DNA of 56,676 bases from Sulfurimonadaceae bacterium (GTDB lineage Bacteria; Campylobacterota; Campylobacteria; Campylobacterales; Sulfurimonadaceae). Under the pieces are notes generated by a model. That model was not told where the DNA came from and did no database searches. It saw only the letters and a program-made list of their open reading frames with translations. Positions within the stretch are counted from its first letter, which is position 1; every line of letters starts with the position of its first letter. The position numbers and the translations under genes are program-made. Shown here in pieces: positions 38,049 through 46,313 of this stretch. Location of the stretch: contig JBFEWG010000001.1 of NCBI GenBank assembly GCA_041546465.1, positions 1 to 56,676 on the forward strand, given 5' to 3'.

Positions 38049-39316
38049 TTGATCTCTTTTTCTGTCGGACCAGTGTAGCGTTGACGAGGTCGTGCTATTT
38101 TCATCTCTTTATCATGTTTAAGTTCGATCCATTGAGTAATCCAACCGACAGAACGACCGATTACAAAGATTATTGTAAACATGTTCTTTGGTATTTTCAG
38201 TGCGGTAAGGATCAGTCCTGAATAAAAGTCAATATTTGGATACAATTTTCGTTGAATAAAGTATTCATCGGTAAGAGCAACCTCTTCGATCTTCTTTGCT
38301 ATTTCAAGCAGTTCATTGTTGACACCGAGGTCTTCTTCAAGTTCATCCAAAAGCTTTTTGAGGATCTTCGCTCGTGGATCGAAGTTCTTATATACGCGGT
38401 GTCCAAATCCCATAAGTTTAAAATTGTCATCCGGGTCCTTTGCTTTCTTGATGTATTCATCCACATTCTCAAGGCTTCCTATCATCTCAAGCTGAGCAAT
38501 GACCGATTCGTTTGCTCCGCCATGTGCGCGGCCCCAGAGTGCATTGACCCCGGCAGATACTGCCGCGTAAGGGTGTGCACCTGTCGAGGCGACGCTTCTT
38601 ACGGTAGACGTCGAAGCATTTTGCTCGTGATCAGCATGCAAGGTGAAGATGGTGTCAAGCGCACGTATCTCGACATCCCTGATAGAGATGTCGGCAGAGG
38701 GGTAGGCACGCATCATGTACAAGAAGTTTTCTGTAAAAGATCGTTCGATGTCAGGATATATAAAAGGTATCCCGAGGCTTCTTCGGTAGGAGAGGGCGGC
38801 AAGTGTTGGTATTTTGGCGATGATACGTCGTGCCATGACCTGGAACTCTTCCTCTTTGTCAATATTAAGGTGTTCATAATGAAAGGCAGAAAGGGCTGAA
38901 ATGGACGATGCCATCATTGCCATCGGGTGTGCACTGTCCGGAAAGGAATAAAAAAGGTTTTTTAAACCTTCATGGACAAACGAGCGTTTGCGAATCTCTA
39001 CATCAAAGGCGGAAAGATCATTTCGAGAAGGGAGTTTGCCAGTTAAAAGCAGATAGCAGACATCCAGATAGCTTTTTTTAGTCGCCAGGTCACTGATGTC
39101 ATATCCTCTGTATCTTAATTCGCCTTTTTCGCCATTGATATAGGTTATCTCCGAGCTACAGCTTGCAGTGGAAGTAAAACCGGGATCGTAGGTAAACATA
39201 CCTGTCTGCTGGTACAAAGAACGAATATCAATGACATCTGGACCCACACTGGGACTCAATATCTCAAATTCATATGTTTTGCCATCTCTATTATCAACCA
39301 AGCTTATCGTAGCCAT
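38045..39316 (-). CDS. gltA: citrate synthase
   Basis: 423 aa; HADHEQNASTST, GFGHRVYKNFDPR and other type II citrate synthase motifs. Confidence 0.95.
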   Translation of the reverse strand: MATISLVDNRDGKTYEFEILSPSVGPDVIDIRSLYQQTGMFTYDPGFTSTASCSSEITYINGEKGELRYRGYDISDLATKKSYLDVCYLLLTGKLPSRNDLSAFDVEIRKRSFVHEGLKNLFYSFPDSAHPMAMMASSISALSAFHYEHLNIDKEEEFQVMARRIIAKIPTLAALSYRRSLGIPFIYPDIERSFTENFLYMMRAYPSADISIRDVEIRALDTIFTLHADHEQNASTSTVRSVASTGAHPYAAVSAGVNALWGRAHGGANESVIAQLEMIGSLENVDEYIKKAKDPDDNFKLMGFGHRVYKNFDPRAKILKKLLDELEEDLGVNNELLEIAKKIEEVALTDEYFIQRKLYPNIDFYSGLILTALKIPKNMFTIIFVIGRSVGWITQWIELKHDKEMKIARPRQRYTGPTEKEIK

Positions 39317-39427
39317 AGAACACCCCTGAATTGTTTTTATTTGTTACTATAGGTCATTTACCTTTAATGTCATATTAAATCTATTTGTTAGACAAAACCG
39401 CTCTACAGCTAAGGTATAATGTGAATT

Positions 39428-40033
39428 ATGAAGATTTCATCGCATACGATAAATTTTGCTGCAGCCCACGCTTATCAAGAGACGGATTCATGTACTTCTG
39501 CTTACTGTTTCAGGCAGGGCAGTATTGATGTAGACACCCATAAAGACAATCCAGACAACAACACCTCCGTAAATAAGACCGATTCTGGTCTGACAAACAG
39601 TCAGCGTAGACAAGTAGCGCAACTGCAACAACGTGACAGTGAAGTAAGAGCGCATGAGGCAGCCCATATAGCTACCGGTGGATCTGTTGTAGTCAGCGGG
39701 GGTGCAAATTTCACATACCAGGAAGGTCCAGACGGCAGACTCTATGCGATAGGTGGCGAAGTCCCAATAAACATCCCATCGGGCAAGACACCACAAGAGA
39801 GCATAGCAATCGCCAAAGAGGTCCAGTCTGCTGCCTTGGCTCCCGCAAACCCAAGTCCTCAAGATTTCAAGGTTGCAGCTACTGCTGCATTGATGGAAGC
39901 AAAAGCCCGTCAAGAGCTTGCATTGGAAAAAACAGATGAGGGCAAAATGATGAGTCATATCAATAAGTATATAGACAATATGAAGAGTTCATTTTCTGTA
40001 GCAGAGGGTGGAAGACTTGATATCAAAAGTTAG
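39428..40033 (+). CDS. SprA-related-family protein with HExxH motif (putative metalloprotease)
   Basis: 201 aa; QLQQRDSEVRAHEAAHIATGG...YQEGPDGRLYAIGGEV...AALAPANPSPQD matches the SprA-related family pattern. Confidence 0.65.
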   Translation: MKISSHTINFAAAHAYQETDSCTSAYCFRQGSIDVDTHKDNPDNNTSVNKTDSGLTNSQRRQVAQLQQRDSEVRAHEAAHIATGGSVVVSGGANFTYQEGPDGRLYAIGGEVPINIPSGKTPQESIAIAKEVQSAALAPANPSPQDFKVAATAALMEAKARQELALEKTDEGKMMSHINKYIDNMKSSFSVAEGGRLDIKS

Positions 40034-40178
40034 AAGTCTATATTGATTGTTTTAAAGAGAATTTACATTATGTTAACCAATGGGAACATACGATTTTCTG
40101 TATGCAACAATACTATCAACAAGGAGGCTTTCAGGCAAGACATACTATTATATAGTTTATTATATAAGAGGTGTTGAG

Positions 40179-40367
40179 ATGAAACCAAAAGATGAAGTAA
40201 CAAGATCCCTGGTTGTTGACAGACAAGTGTGGGACGATTCGATGAAGTATGCACGCATCAGATATAAGATGAGTCTTAGTAAAGTGGTTGACCAACTACT
40301 GCAGGAATGGTTGAGTAAAGAAAAACGCCGACCGCTAGAGAATGAGAATCAAGGAAGTTTTTTCTAG
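40179..40367 (+). CDS. small ribbon-helix-helix (CopG/Arc-like) protein
   Basis: 62 aa from the ATG at 40179, preceded by AAGAGGTG; TRSLVVDRQVWDDSMKYARIRYKMSLSKVVDQLLQEWL fits the RHH pattern; ORF track 5' extension rejected. Confidence 0.45.
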   Translation: MKPKDEVTRSLVVDRQVWDDSMKYARIRYKMSLSKVVDQLLQEWLSKEKRRPLENENQGSFF

Positions 40368-40385
40368 ACAGACACTTATTATATG

Positions 40386-40407
40386 CTTAATAGTAAATAC
40401 TATTAAG
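40386..40407. repeat. perfect 10-bp inverted repeat
   Basis: CTTAATAGTA-aa-TACTATTAAG between the RHH gene stop and dapD. Confidence 0.5.
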
Positions 40408-40491
40408 TATTCCGCTGCTATTAATCTGCCCTATCCCACCTTCGGTTGTTTTTATGTTATCATTCGCCAAAATTTTTATAAGTGAGTTAAC

Positions 40492-41682
40492 ATGATAAGA
40501 ACTACTGAAGAATTCAAAGCATTTGTTGAAGATATTAAAGCGACACCTGGTTATAAAGATCCGATTGCATTTGGTATCTGTCGTGTCGATCTAAGTCAAA
40601 TTGATAATGAGAAAGTACTTCAGGCCACTTATCCGGTCATCAACTGGAATGAAAACTTTGGCAGTGCTGCTGTTTTTATCGGTGCACTTAAAGCATGTGG
40701 CATTGATGTTGATACGACCAAAAACGAGGTTTCGTGTAATATAACATTTGACTTTGTCAAACACTGTATTGACACGTTCAATCCTTATTTGACTGAGGCT
40801 GTTGGTGATGCTCATAAAAACGTTCAGGTGATTGTTCAGCTTTTCCAGTTGCTCTTAGATGATGGTATGAGAGAGGGTGAGTTCCGTGTTGTTTTCTTGT
40901 TTGACGATGCTGCTTGTGAAAGTGTAGAAGCGACTTACCTTAAGCTCTATGCCCTTTCCCAGGCAAAAGTTGAACTTAGAAGCATTAACTTAAATGGTGC
41001 CTTTGGAGCACTTCCTAATGTCGCTTGGCATGGGAACACACCGATTGACCTTGACTACCTGCGTATTAATGAGATCGAACTGAAACTTCGTAATGAATAC
41101 CCTGAGATTGATTTTGTCGATAAGTTCCCACGCTTCCTACAGCACATCATACCGGCTGATAACACACGTATCCTAGACACTTCCAAGGTGCGATTCGGTG
41201 CTCAGCTTCATGCAGGAACAACGGTTATGCCGGGTGCGTCGTACATCAACTTCAATGCCGGCACTACAGGTGTGAGTATGGTTGAAGGACGTATCTCGAG
41301 TTCAGCCATTGTTGGCGATGGCTCTGACGTTGGTGGTGGGGCCTCTATTCTTGGCGTTTTAAGCGGTACCGACGGCAATCCTATCTCTGTGGGTAAAAAC
41401 TCTTTGTTAGGAGCCAATTCGACTTGTGGTATTCCACTTGGCGATGCGTGTATCATTGATGCAGGCCTGGCAATACTGGAAGGGACCAAGGTAAGCATTG
41501 ACCCGGATCAATTGGTAAAAATCAATGAAGCTAACCCGGGAGTAAATCTGTCTGGTACAACATTCAAAGGTAAAGAACTGGCGTCACTTAACGGTCTTCA
41601 CTTTAGACAAGACTCACAAACGGGTACAATTTTAGCACGCAGAAGTACGCGTGAAATAAAACTTAACGCTGATCTGCATTAA
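40492..41682 (+). CDS. dapD: 2,3,4,5-tetrahydropyridine-2,6-dicarboxylate N-succinyltransferase (long form)
   Basis: 396 aa; C-terminal left-handed beta-helix hexapeptide repeats (GAQLHAGTTVMPGASYINFNAGTTGVSMVEGRISSSAIVGDGSDVGGGASILG...); size and layout like the Campylobacter-type DapD. Confidence 0.82.
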   Translation: MIRTTEEFKAFVEDIKATPGYKDPIAFGICRVDLSQIDNEKVLQATYPVINWNENFGSAAVFIGALKACGIDVDTTKNEVSCNITFDFVKHCIDTFNPYLTEAVGDAHKNVQVIVQLFQLLLDDGMREGEFRVVFLFDDAACESVEATYLKLYALSQAKVELRSINLNGAFGALPNVAWHGNTPIDLDYLRINEIELKLRNEYPEIDFVDKFPRFLQHIIPADNTRILDTSKVRFGAQLHAGTTVMPGASYINFNAGTTGVSMVEGRISSSAIVGDGSDVGGGASILGVLSGTDGNPISVGKNSLLGANSTCGIPLGDACIIDAGLAILEGTKVSIDPDQLVKINEANPGVNLSGTTFKGKELASLNGLHFRQDSQTGTILARRSTREIKLNADLH

Positions 41683-41690
41683 TCACATTG

Positions 41691-41727
41691 GAAGAGAGCT
41701 TTTAAAGGCCTCTTCTAACTCTTTTTT
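41691..41727 (+). terminator. candidate dapD terminator
   Basis: GAAGAGaGC / GCCTCTTC stem (8 bp, one bulge), then TTTTTT within 6 nt. Confidence 0.4.
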
Positions 41728-41783
41728 CTTATGCTTCTTTTAGATGTCCTAGAGTATTATTTGAAAAGAAGAAAGGATATTGT

Positions 41784-42092
41784 ATGCTTAATTTTTCCGC
41801 AAACGTATCATCACTTATAGCGCATCAGGAGTTTGCCAATGCAAATGCTCATAATGTTGCTAATGTGAATACAGAAGGTTTCGTTCCAACCAAAACATCG
41901 CTACATGAGAGTGCTAATGGTGTTACTGCCGCTTTTCAATCTGCTACAGACAACGGCTCAAATCTTAGTCAGACGAATCTTTCCAGAGAGCTTACCGACC
42001 AAGTTGTTATTCAGAGAGGGCACGAGGTTCAAGGGAGCGCTATTCGTACACGAGATGAGATGTTGGGTTCACTGCTGGATATCCTTGCTTAA
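41784..42092 (+). CDS. minimal flagellar rod/hook-family protein (N- and C-terminal rod motifs only)
   Basis: 102 aa; N-terminal AHNVANVNTEGF (compare NNIANVNTIGF in FlgG here). C-terminal NLSRELTDQVVIQRGHEVQGSAIRTRDEMLGSLLDIL (compare VELTELITGQRAYEADSKAITTSDEMLQTVVNL). AAGGA RBS. Confidence 0.55.
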   Translation: MLNFSANVSSLIAHQEFANANAHNVANVNTEGFVPTKTSLHESANGVTAAFQSATDNGSNLSQTNLSRELTDQVVIQRGHEVQGSAIRTRDEMLGSLLDILA

Positions 42093-42097
42093 ACAGA

Positions 42098-43423
42098 TTA
42101 TTTCTCCTGAGTGATAATATTCATACTGCATAGTTGAGAGAGCAGGCCTTTCTCCTCATCATAGTCTTCAAACTCTTTTCCAAGCTCAAGTGATGATATG
42201 ACGGTCTTACCTATTATCCTTCTGCCCTCACCTTGCGACGTCATCGTTTTGACACCCCATGCATTATGTAAAACAGCTATCTCTTGATCATAAAGACCCA
42301 GATAAAGAAGGATATGGCCTTTTTTATATAAAAGCGTTTCAAATGGTATAGCTTCGTTTATAATCTTTTCTTTTTTCTGTTCAGGTGTAAGAAATTCCAA
42401 TGAGATGACTCTTCCGACTTTTGACTGCTCTGAAGAGTTACGCGGCAGCCATAAGCCAAAGGGTGCATACATATCTCTTAACATCGATGAACAGTCTCTT
42501 TCTTTGTTTAGGCCACCCCAGCCGTACTTGCTTTGCAGCATAAGATCAGTCATATGTTTCAGGTTGTCTGCATTAATCTTCATATGCCCTTCTCTGCCCA
42601 CTGTAAAAGGTATTGTGACTTCAGTATAGATAGGGGTGTGTTTCTTGCCTGCAGTTATAGCTAGAACCGTATAATGCGTCTTTTCAATACTGATTAGAGG
42701 AAGACGCATACCTGCCCTGCTTTTAAAGACAAATCCACCATGTTTATCATATATCGCATAGTTGTCGTCAATCAGTTCGATCTGTCGTGCAGATTTCCAT
42801 TTGGCAGCAATATCATCTTCAATGTATGCGATTTTTCGTAGCGGAACCCATCCGGTTGCATATGAGGTGAAGACATAAGCCCATTCACCGTTTTTTGACA
42901 GATGAGAGACAAAGAGAGGCTCATTGGCATTGATGCCGGAGTTTTGAAGATAATCAAAAGGGTATCCCTCCCCTGCACGTCTAGGGTCTTTGAACACGGG
43001 CTTATGTGTAGGAAAACTTCTAAGGTTCAAATAATAAAGGGATATGGCTTTCTTATTTAAAGTGCCATATGCCTCATAATTACCTTTGGATAACATTTGA
43101 TCAAACCACTCTTCCTTTAATGGTCTTAGATTCTCTCCGTAGCTTGTTTCATAGGTATAGCTTCTATGCGGCCACAGAATACTTTCGCAATCAAAAGGCG
43201 GCTCTTTGTAATGCCATGGCTCAAAATATTTTTCATCATAGCCTTTCTGTACAGGCAGAAGTGAAAGATGAGAGTTCATATTACTCTCATAGGCCTGAGC
43301 ATATTGAGGGAAAACTTCAAGGTCTTGAAAGCTGACTTCTTTTTCCTGTGTGGAGGCATGTTGCGCACACCCACCAAAGGCCAGAGCCAAAGCTGTTAAG
43401 AGAAGAAAGCAAGTCTGTCTCAT
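42098..43423 (-). CDS. NlpC/P60 (C40) peptidoglycan endopeptidase lipoprotein with N-terminal and SH3-like domains
   Basis: 441 aa; lipobox LAFGGC; catalytic segment DCSSMLRDMY...GHILLYLG...HNAWG. Confidence 0.8.
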   Translation of the reverse strand: MRQTCFLLLTALALAFGGCAQHASTQEKEVSFQDLEVFPQYAQAYESNMNSHLSLLPVQKGYDEKYFEPWHYKEPPFDCESILWPHRSYTYETSYGENLRPLKEEWFDQMLSKGNYEAYGTLNKKAISLYYLNLRSFPTHKPVFKDPRRAGEGYPFDYLQNSGINANEPLFVSHLSKNGEWAYVFTSYATGWVPLRKIAYIEDDIAAKWKSARQIELIDDNYAIYDKHGGFVFKSRAGMRLPLISIEKTHYTVLAITAGKKHTPIYTEVTIPFTVGREGHMKINADNLKHMTDLMLQSKYGWGGLNKERDCSSMLRDMYAPFGLWLPRNSSEQSKVGRVISLEFLTPEQKKEKIINEAIPFETLLYKKGHILLYLGLYDQEIAVLHNAWGVKTMTSQGEGRRIIGKTVISSLELGKEFEDYDEEKGLLSQLCSMNIITQEK

Positions 43424-43441
43424 CTATTATAGTCCTTATTC

Positions 43442-44101
43442 TTAGTCTACAGAACCAAACCTTCCTACTACGCGTCCAACCACACTTAGTTCATGCGGCA
43501 TTAAGGTCTGCTTCTCATACTCTTTATTGTCAGATATAACATCGATTTTACCGTCTATACGCTTTTGTAATCTTTTAATGAAGAGTCCATGTTCTGTATT
43601 TATAGTAAATATACCTCCTCTACCGATATCAACCTTGCTGCGATTGATAAAAATGATGTCACCATAGGCAAAGGTCGGTTCCATTGAATCACCTGAAACA
43701 TTCAATGCTTCAATGTTTTTCAGTTCCCTTTCACCTCCCAATGAGGCCACAAAACTTCCCTCGAGCATCATGGGCACCGAACTCTCTTCATTATCAAGCG
43801 CACCTCCACCGGCTGAAGCACTGACATCTGAAAAGTATCGCACCATATAATATCTGTTTGTCGGTTCAATCAGACTCTCTGGAGATTGACCGTAAAGCAA
43901 CCAGTTAATCGCGATAGAACGCTTTGCACAGAAGTTTAGTAACTCTTCATAGGGAATCTTGTCTCTCTTTTTCATCGTGGCAAAGTTCATCTGTGATATA
44001 CCAAGTAAACTTGCGACATCCTTGTCAAAGATCTTTTTACCGGGAAAATCCTCTGAAACAACATCTTTGATCTCTTCAACTATTTCACTAAAGCCTTTCA
44101 T
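43442..44101 (-). CDS. CI-type HTH / S24 peptidase autocleavable repressor
   Basis: ATG at 44101 preceded by AAGGAGG (the TTG at 44116 in the ORF track is less likely); N-terminal HTH (VASLLGISQMNFATMKKRDKIPYEELLNFCAKRSIAINWLLYG); Ala-Gly site in SASAGGG; S24 Ser/Lys dyad SGDSMEPT ... FIKRL. Confidence 0.8.
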   Translation of the reverse strand: MKGFSEIVEEIKDVVSEDFPGKKIFDKDVASLLGISQMNFATMKKRDKIPYEELLNFCAKRSIAINWLLYGQSPESLIEPTNRYYMVRYFSDVSASAGGGALDNEESSVPMMLEGSFVASLGGERELKNIEALNVSGDSMEPTFAYGDIIFINRSKVDIGRGGIFTINTEHGLFIKRLQKRIDGKIDVISDNKEYEKQTLMPHELSVVGRVVGRFGSVD

Positions 44102-44144
44102 TAGGGCCTCCTTCAATCGTGATTTATATTGTAATAATAAGGCG

Positions 44145-44181
44145 TTGCAATTATTTTACAGAATTATATGTCAATTTGCAA
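44145..44181. promoter_or_regulatory. two TTGCAAT-ATTATTT boxes upstream of the S24 repressor (operator candidates)
   Basis: TTGCAATTATTTTACA at 44145 and TTGCAATATTATTTAG at 44176, 31 bp apart; TTGCAA is itself palindromic. Confidence 0.25.
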
Positions 44182-44349
44182 TATTATTTAGAAAGAATGT
44201 CAAATACAATTAAACTTGTCCCAATAAAACTTCAAATTGAGGTGTTTAAAAGGATAAAAGATGGCAAAGATTATCAAGAAAGCAGAAACAATGTTTACAA
44301 GATTTGAAAGATCCCTGGAAAACTTGGCAGATAAAATTTTATAAATATA

Positions 44350-44457
44350 TTATTCTGATTTATCCTGGTTATGCTTTGAAGCATGGTATCCAGCGAAAAT
44401 AAATATTAAGAAGAGGATGAAGGCAGCAGGTATGATGATGTCAAGAAAAGCTTTCAC
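44350..44457 (-). CDS. possible 35-codon hydrophobic peptide (below ORF-track cutoff)
   Basis: GTG start overlapping the trmL stop (ATGTGA); translates VKAFLDIIIPAAFILFLIFIFAGYHASKHNQDKSE, one TM helix. Confidence 0.2.
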   Translation of the reverse strand: MKAFLDIIIPAAFILFLIFIFAGYHASKHNQDKSE

Positions 44458-44924
44458 ATCAGTTCCTGATAAGAAGTAAAGTTTTGTTTAATGGCCTCGT
44501 ATAAAACAATCCCTGTACTTATAGCAAGGTTTAAACTCCTACCCTCTTTCGTCATGGGAATAGTTATACATTGATCAGAGTACTGTTCAAGGACTTCGGC
44601 TGGAATGCCTTTGGTCTCGCTCCCAAAAAATATATAGCAATCTTCTTCAAATGAGGCTTCAAAATATGGCTTATCGGTCTTAGTCGTTGCAAAATATCCG
44701 TACTTGGCCTTCTCATTTTCTGCAAAGAACTCATCAAGGCTTTCCCATACATGCAGGTCCAACTTATGCCAATAGTCCAGCCCTGCTCTACGAACCGCCT
44801 TTTCATCAATATCAAAACCGATTGGCTTAATCAGATGAAGTGTCGTACCGGTATTGACGCAGAGACGTCCTATGGCGCCTGTGTTGTTGGGGATCTGCGG
44901 ATGGACAAGGACAAGATTGATCAT
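44454..44924 (-). CDS. trmL: tRNA (cytidine/uridine-34 2'-O)-methyltransferase TrmL (SpoU/TrmH family)
   Basis: 156 aa; IPNNTGAIGRLC, YFATT...FGSETKGIP, SLNLAISTGIVLYEA. Confidence 0.88.
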   Translation of the reverse strand: MINLVLVHPQIPNNTGAIGRLCVNTGTTLHLIKPIGFDIDEKAVRRAGLDYWHKLDLHVWESLDEFFAENEKAKYGYFATTKTDKPYFEASFEEDCYIFFGSETKGIPAEVLEQYSDQCITIPMTKEGRSLNLAISTGIVLYEAIKQNFTSYQELM

Positions 44925-45760
44925 TAAAATATAACCGTTCTGTTCTTATAGACAAAGATTCGATCTTCAAGGGCAAGTTTAAGGGCACGTGAAAGGGTGA
45001 CCTTCTCGACATCGCGGCCTGACTGCTGCATGTCTTTCCAGCTGTGATCATGGTTTACACTGATAACATCTTGCGAGATGATGGGCCCCTCATCCAGGTC
45101 ATTGTTGACAAAGTGTGCCGTTGCGCCAATGATCTTAACACCGCGTTCATGAGCTTGCTTATAAGGGTTCGCTCCGATAAATGCTGGTAAGAAGGAGTGG
45201 TGTATATTAATGATCTTGTCATCATACGCCTCAACAAAACGAGGTGTCAGGATACGCATATATTTTGCCAATACAATGTAATCGATATCCGTGAATTGCT
45301 CCAGGCACTTTAATACTTCAGCTTCATGCTCATCTCTGTCAAGACCTTCATGCGAAACGCAATAGTAAGGAATATTGAATTTACTTACCAATGGCTCTAA
45401 AAGATCATAATTCGAGACGACAGCGACAATATTTGCATCAAGCTCACCCGCTTCATAGCGGATAAGGATGTCACCAAGACAATGGGACTCCTTGGTGACC
45501 ATCAAAACAATATTTTTTTTACGTGGAGAAACGACTTTGAAGTTTATCTCACTGGCAAGCACTTCGTCAAGTTTAGCATGCAAGGTCGGCTCTTCGATGT
45601 CACCTTCGACGACACTTCGCATAAAGAATTTTTCATTTTCACTGTCGACAAATTCGTGGTTTGACAGAATGTTGAGTTCAAGTTCATAAAAAAGCTTCGA
45701 GGTCGTGTAGACCAGGCCTTTTTTATCGGCACAATCAATAAGTATTCTATATTGTTTCAT
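44924..45760 (-). CDS. purU: formyltetrahydrofolate deformylase
   Basis: 278 aa; N-terminal ACT domain; INIHHSFLPAFIGANPYKQAHERGVKIIGATAHFV..DLDEGPIISQ. Confidence 0.92.
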   Translation of the reverse strand: MKQYRILIDCADKKGLVYTTSKLFYELELNILSNHEFVDSENEKFFMRSVVEGDIEEPTLHAKLDEVLASEINFKVVSPRKKNIVLMVTKESHCLGDILIRYEAGELDANIVAVVSNYDLLEPLVSKFNIPYYCVSHEGLDRDEHEAEVLKCLEQFTDIDYIVLAKYMRILTPRFVEAYDDKIINIHHSFLPAFIGANPYKQAHERGVKIIGATAHFVNNDLDEGPIISQDVISVNHDHSWKDMQQSGRDVEKVTLSRALKLALEDRIFVYKNRTVIF

Positions 45761-46089
45761 TTCTTGATTTCTTTGAGACGAGTTTCTATAGATGAAAGGA
45801 GGAACTCTAAAAAGTTAAGGGTCAGGTCGACTTTAGCCTCGATATTGACATTATTGGGTGATTGAAAACCTTCAAACAGAACATGGATACGCTCTTTTAT
45901 ATTTTCAAGGAAAAGAGCTTCATTATGTGAAGACAGCAGATGAGAGTTTGTGTCTTCTGCTGTCTCCAGCGGTTTGTTTTCTGTGTTAGACGAAGCTGTA
46001 GTATCGGCTGTCGATTCACTTTTAGAGTGTTCTAACTCTTCAAGAGTTGAGAGAATAACATCTTTTAATTCCATAGCTTTAACAACCAC
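45757..46089 (-). CDS. hypothetical acidic protein
   Basis: 110 aa; Ser/Thr/Glu-rich middle and helical ends; overlaps both neighbours; no recognised domain. Confidence 0.45.
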   Translation of the reverse strand: MVVKAMELKDVILSTLEELEHSKSESTADTTASSNTENKPLETAEDTNSHLLSSHNEALFLENIKERIHVLFEGFQSPNNVNIEAKVDLTLNFLEFLLSSIETRLKEIKK

Positions 46090-46313
46090 CTTTCAAACTC
46101 ATTAAACTCGATTGGGTCTTCCATCTTGATAAAGAAGTCTTTCATCTGCTCATTGCAGCCCAGATATTTTTTACGCATACCGCTAAGACGGCGTATAGCT
46201 ATCTTCGCATCAGCGTTATTGGGGTCCTTTTTCAGGATCTCTTGATATATTTCCAGGGCCTCTTCTTTCAGGCCTTGAAGTTCATAGATATTTGCAAGAG
46301 TTAGTGTTTGCAT
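46065..46313 (-). CDS. small TPR-like protein
   Basis: 82 aa; [38 protein letters not shown] fits one TPR unit; overlaps leuB 3' end by 13 nt. Confidence 0.5.
   Translation of the reverse strand: MQTLTLANIYELQGLKEEALEIYQEILKKDPNNADAKIAIRRLSGMRKKYLGCNEQMKDFFIKMEDPIEFNEFERWLLKLWN

Noticed and set aside
38252-38899. 215-aa ORF antisense to citrate synthase
   Set aside because: It lies in the codon-aligned antisense frame of gltA ((39314-38252) is divisible by 3). Stops there arise only from TTA, CTA or TCA codons, which this gene rarely uses. The ORF has no RBS and a low-complexity, Cys/Arg-rich translation.
39488-39958. 156-aa ORF antisense to the SprA-related gene
   Set aside because: It is also the codon-aligned antisense frame. 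The translation looks non-protein-like (Cys/Trp-rich) and there is no RBS.
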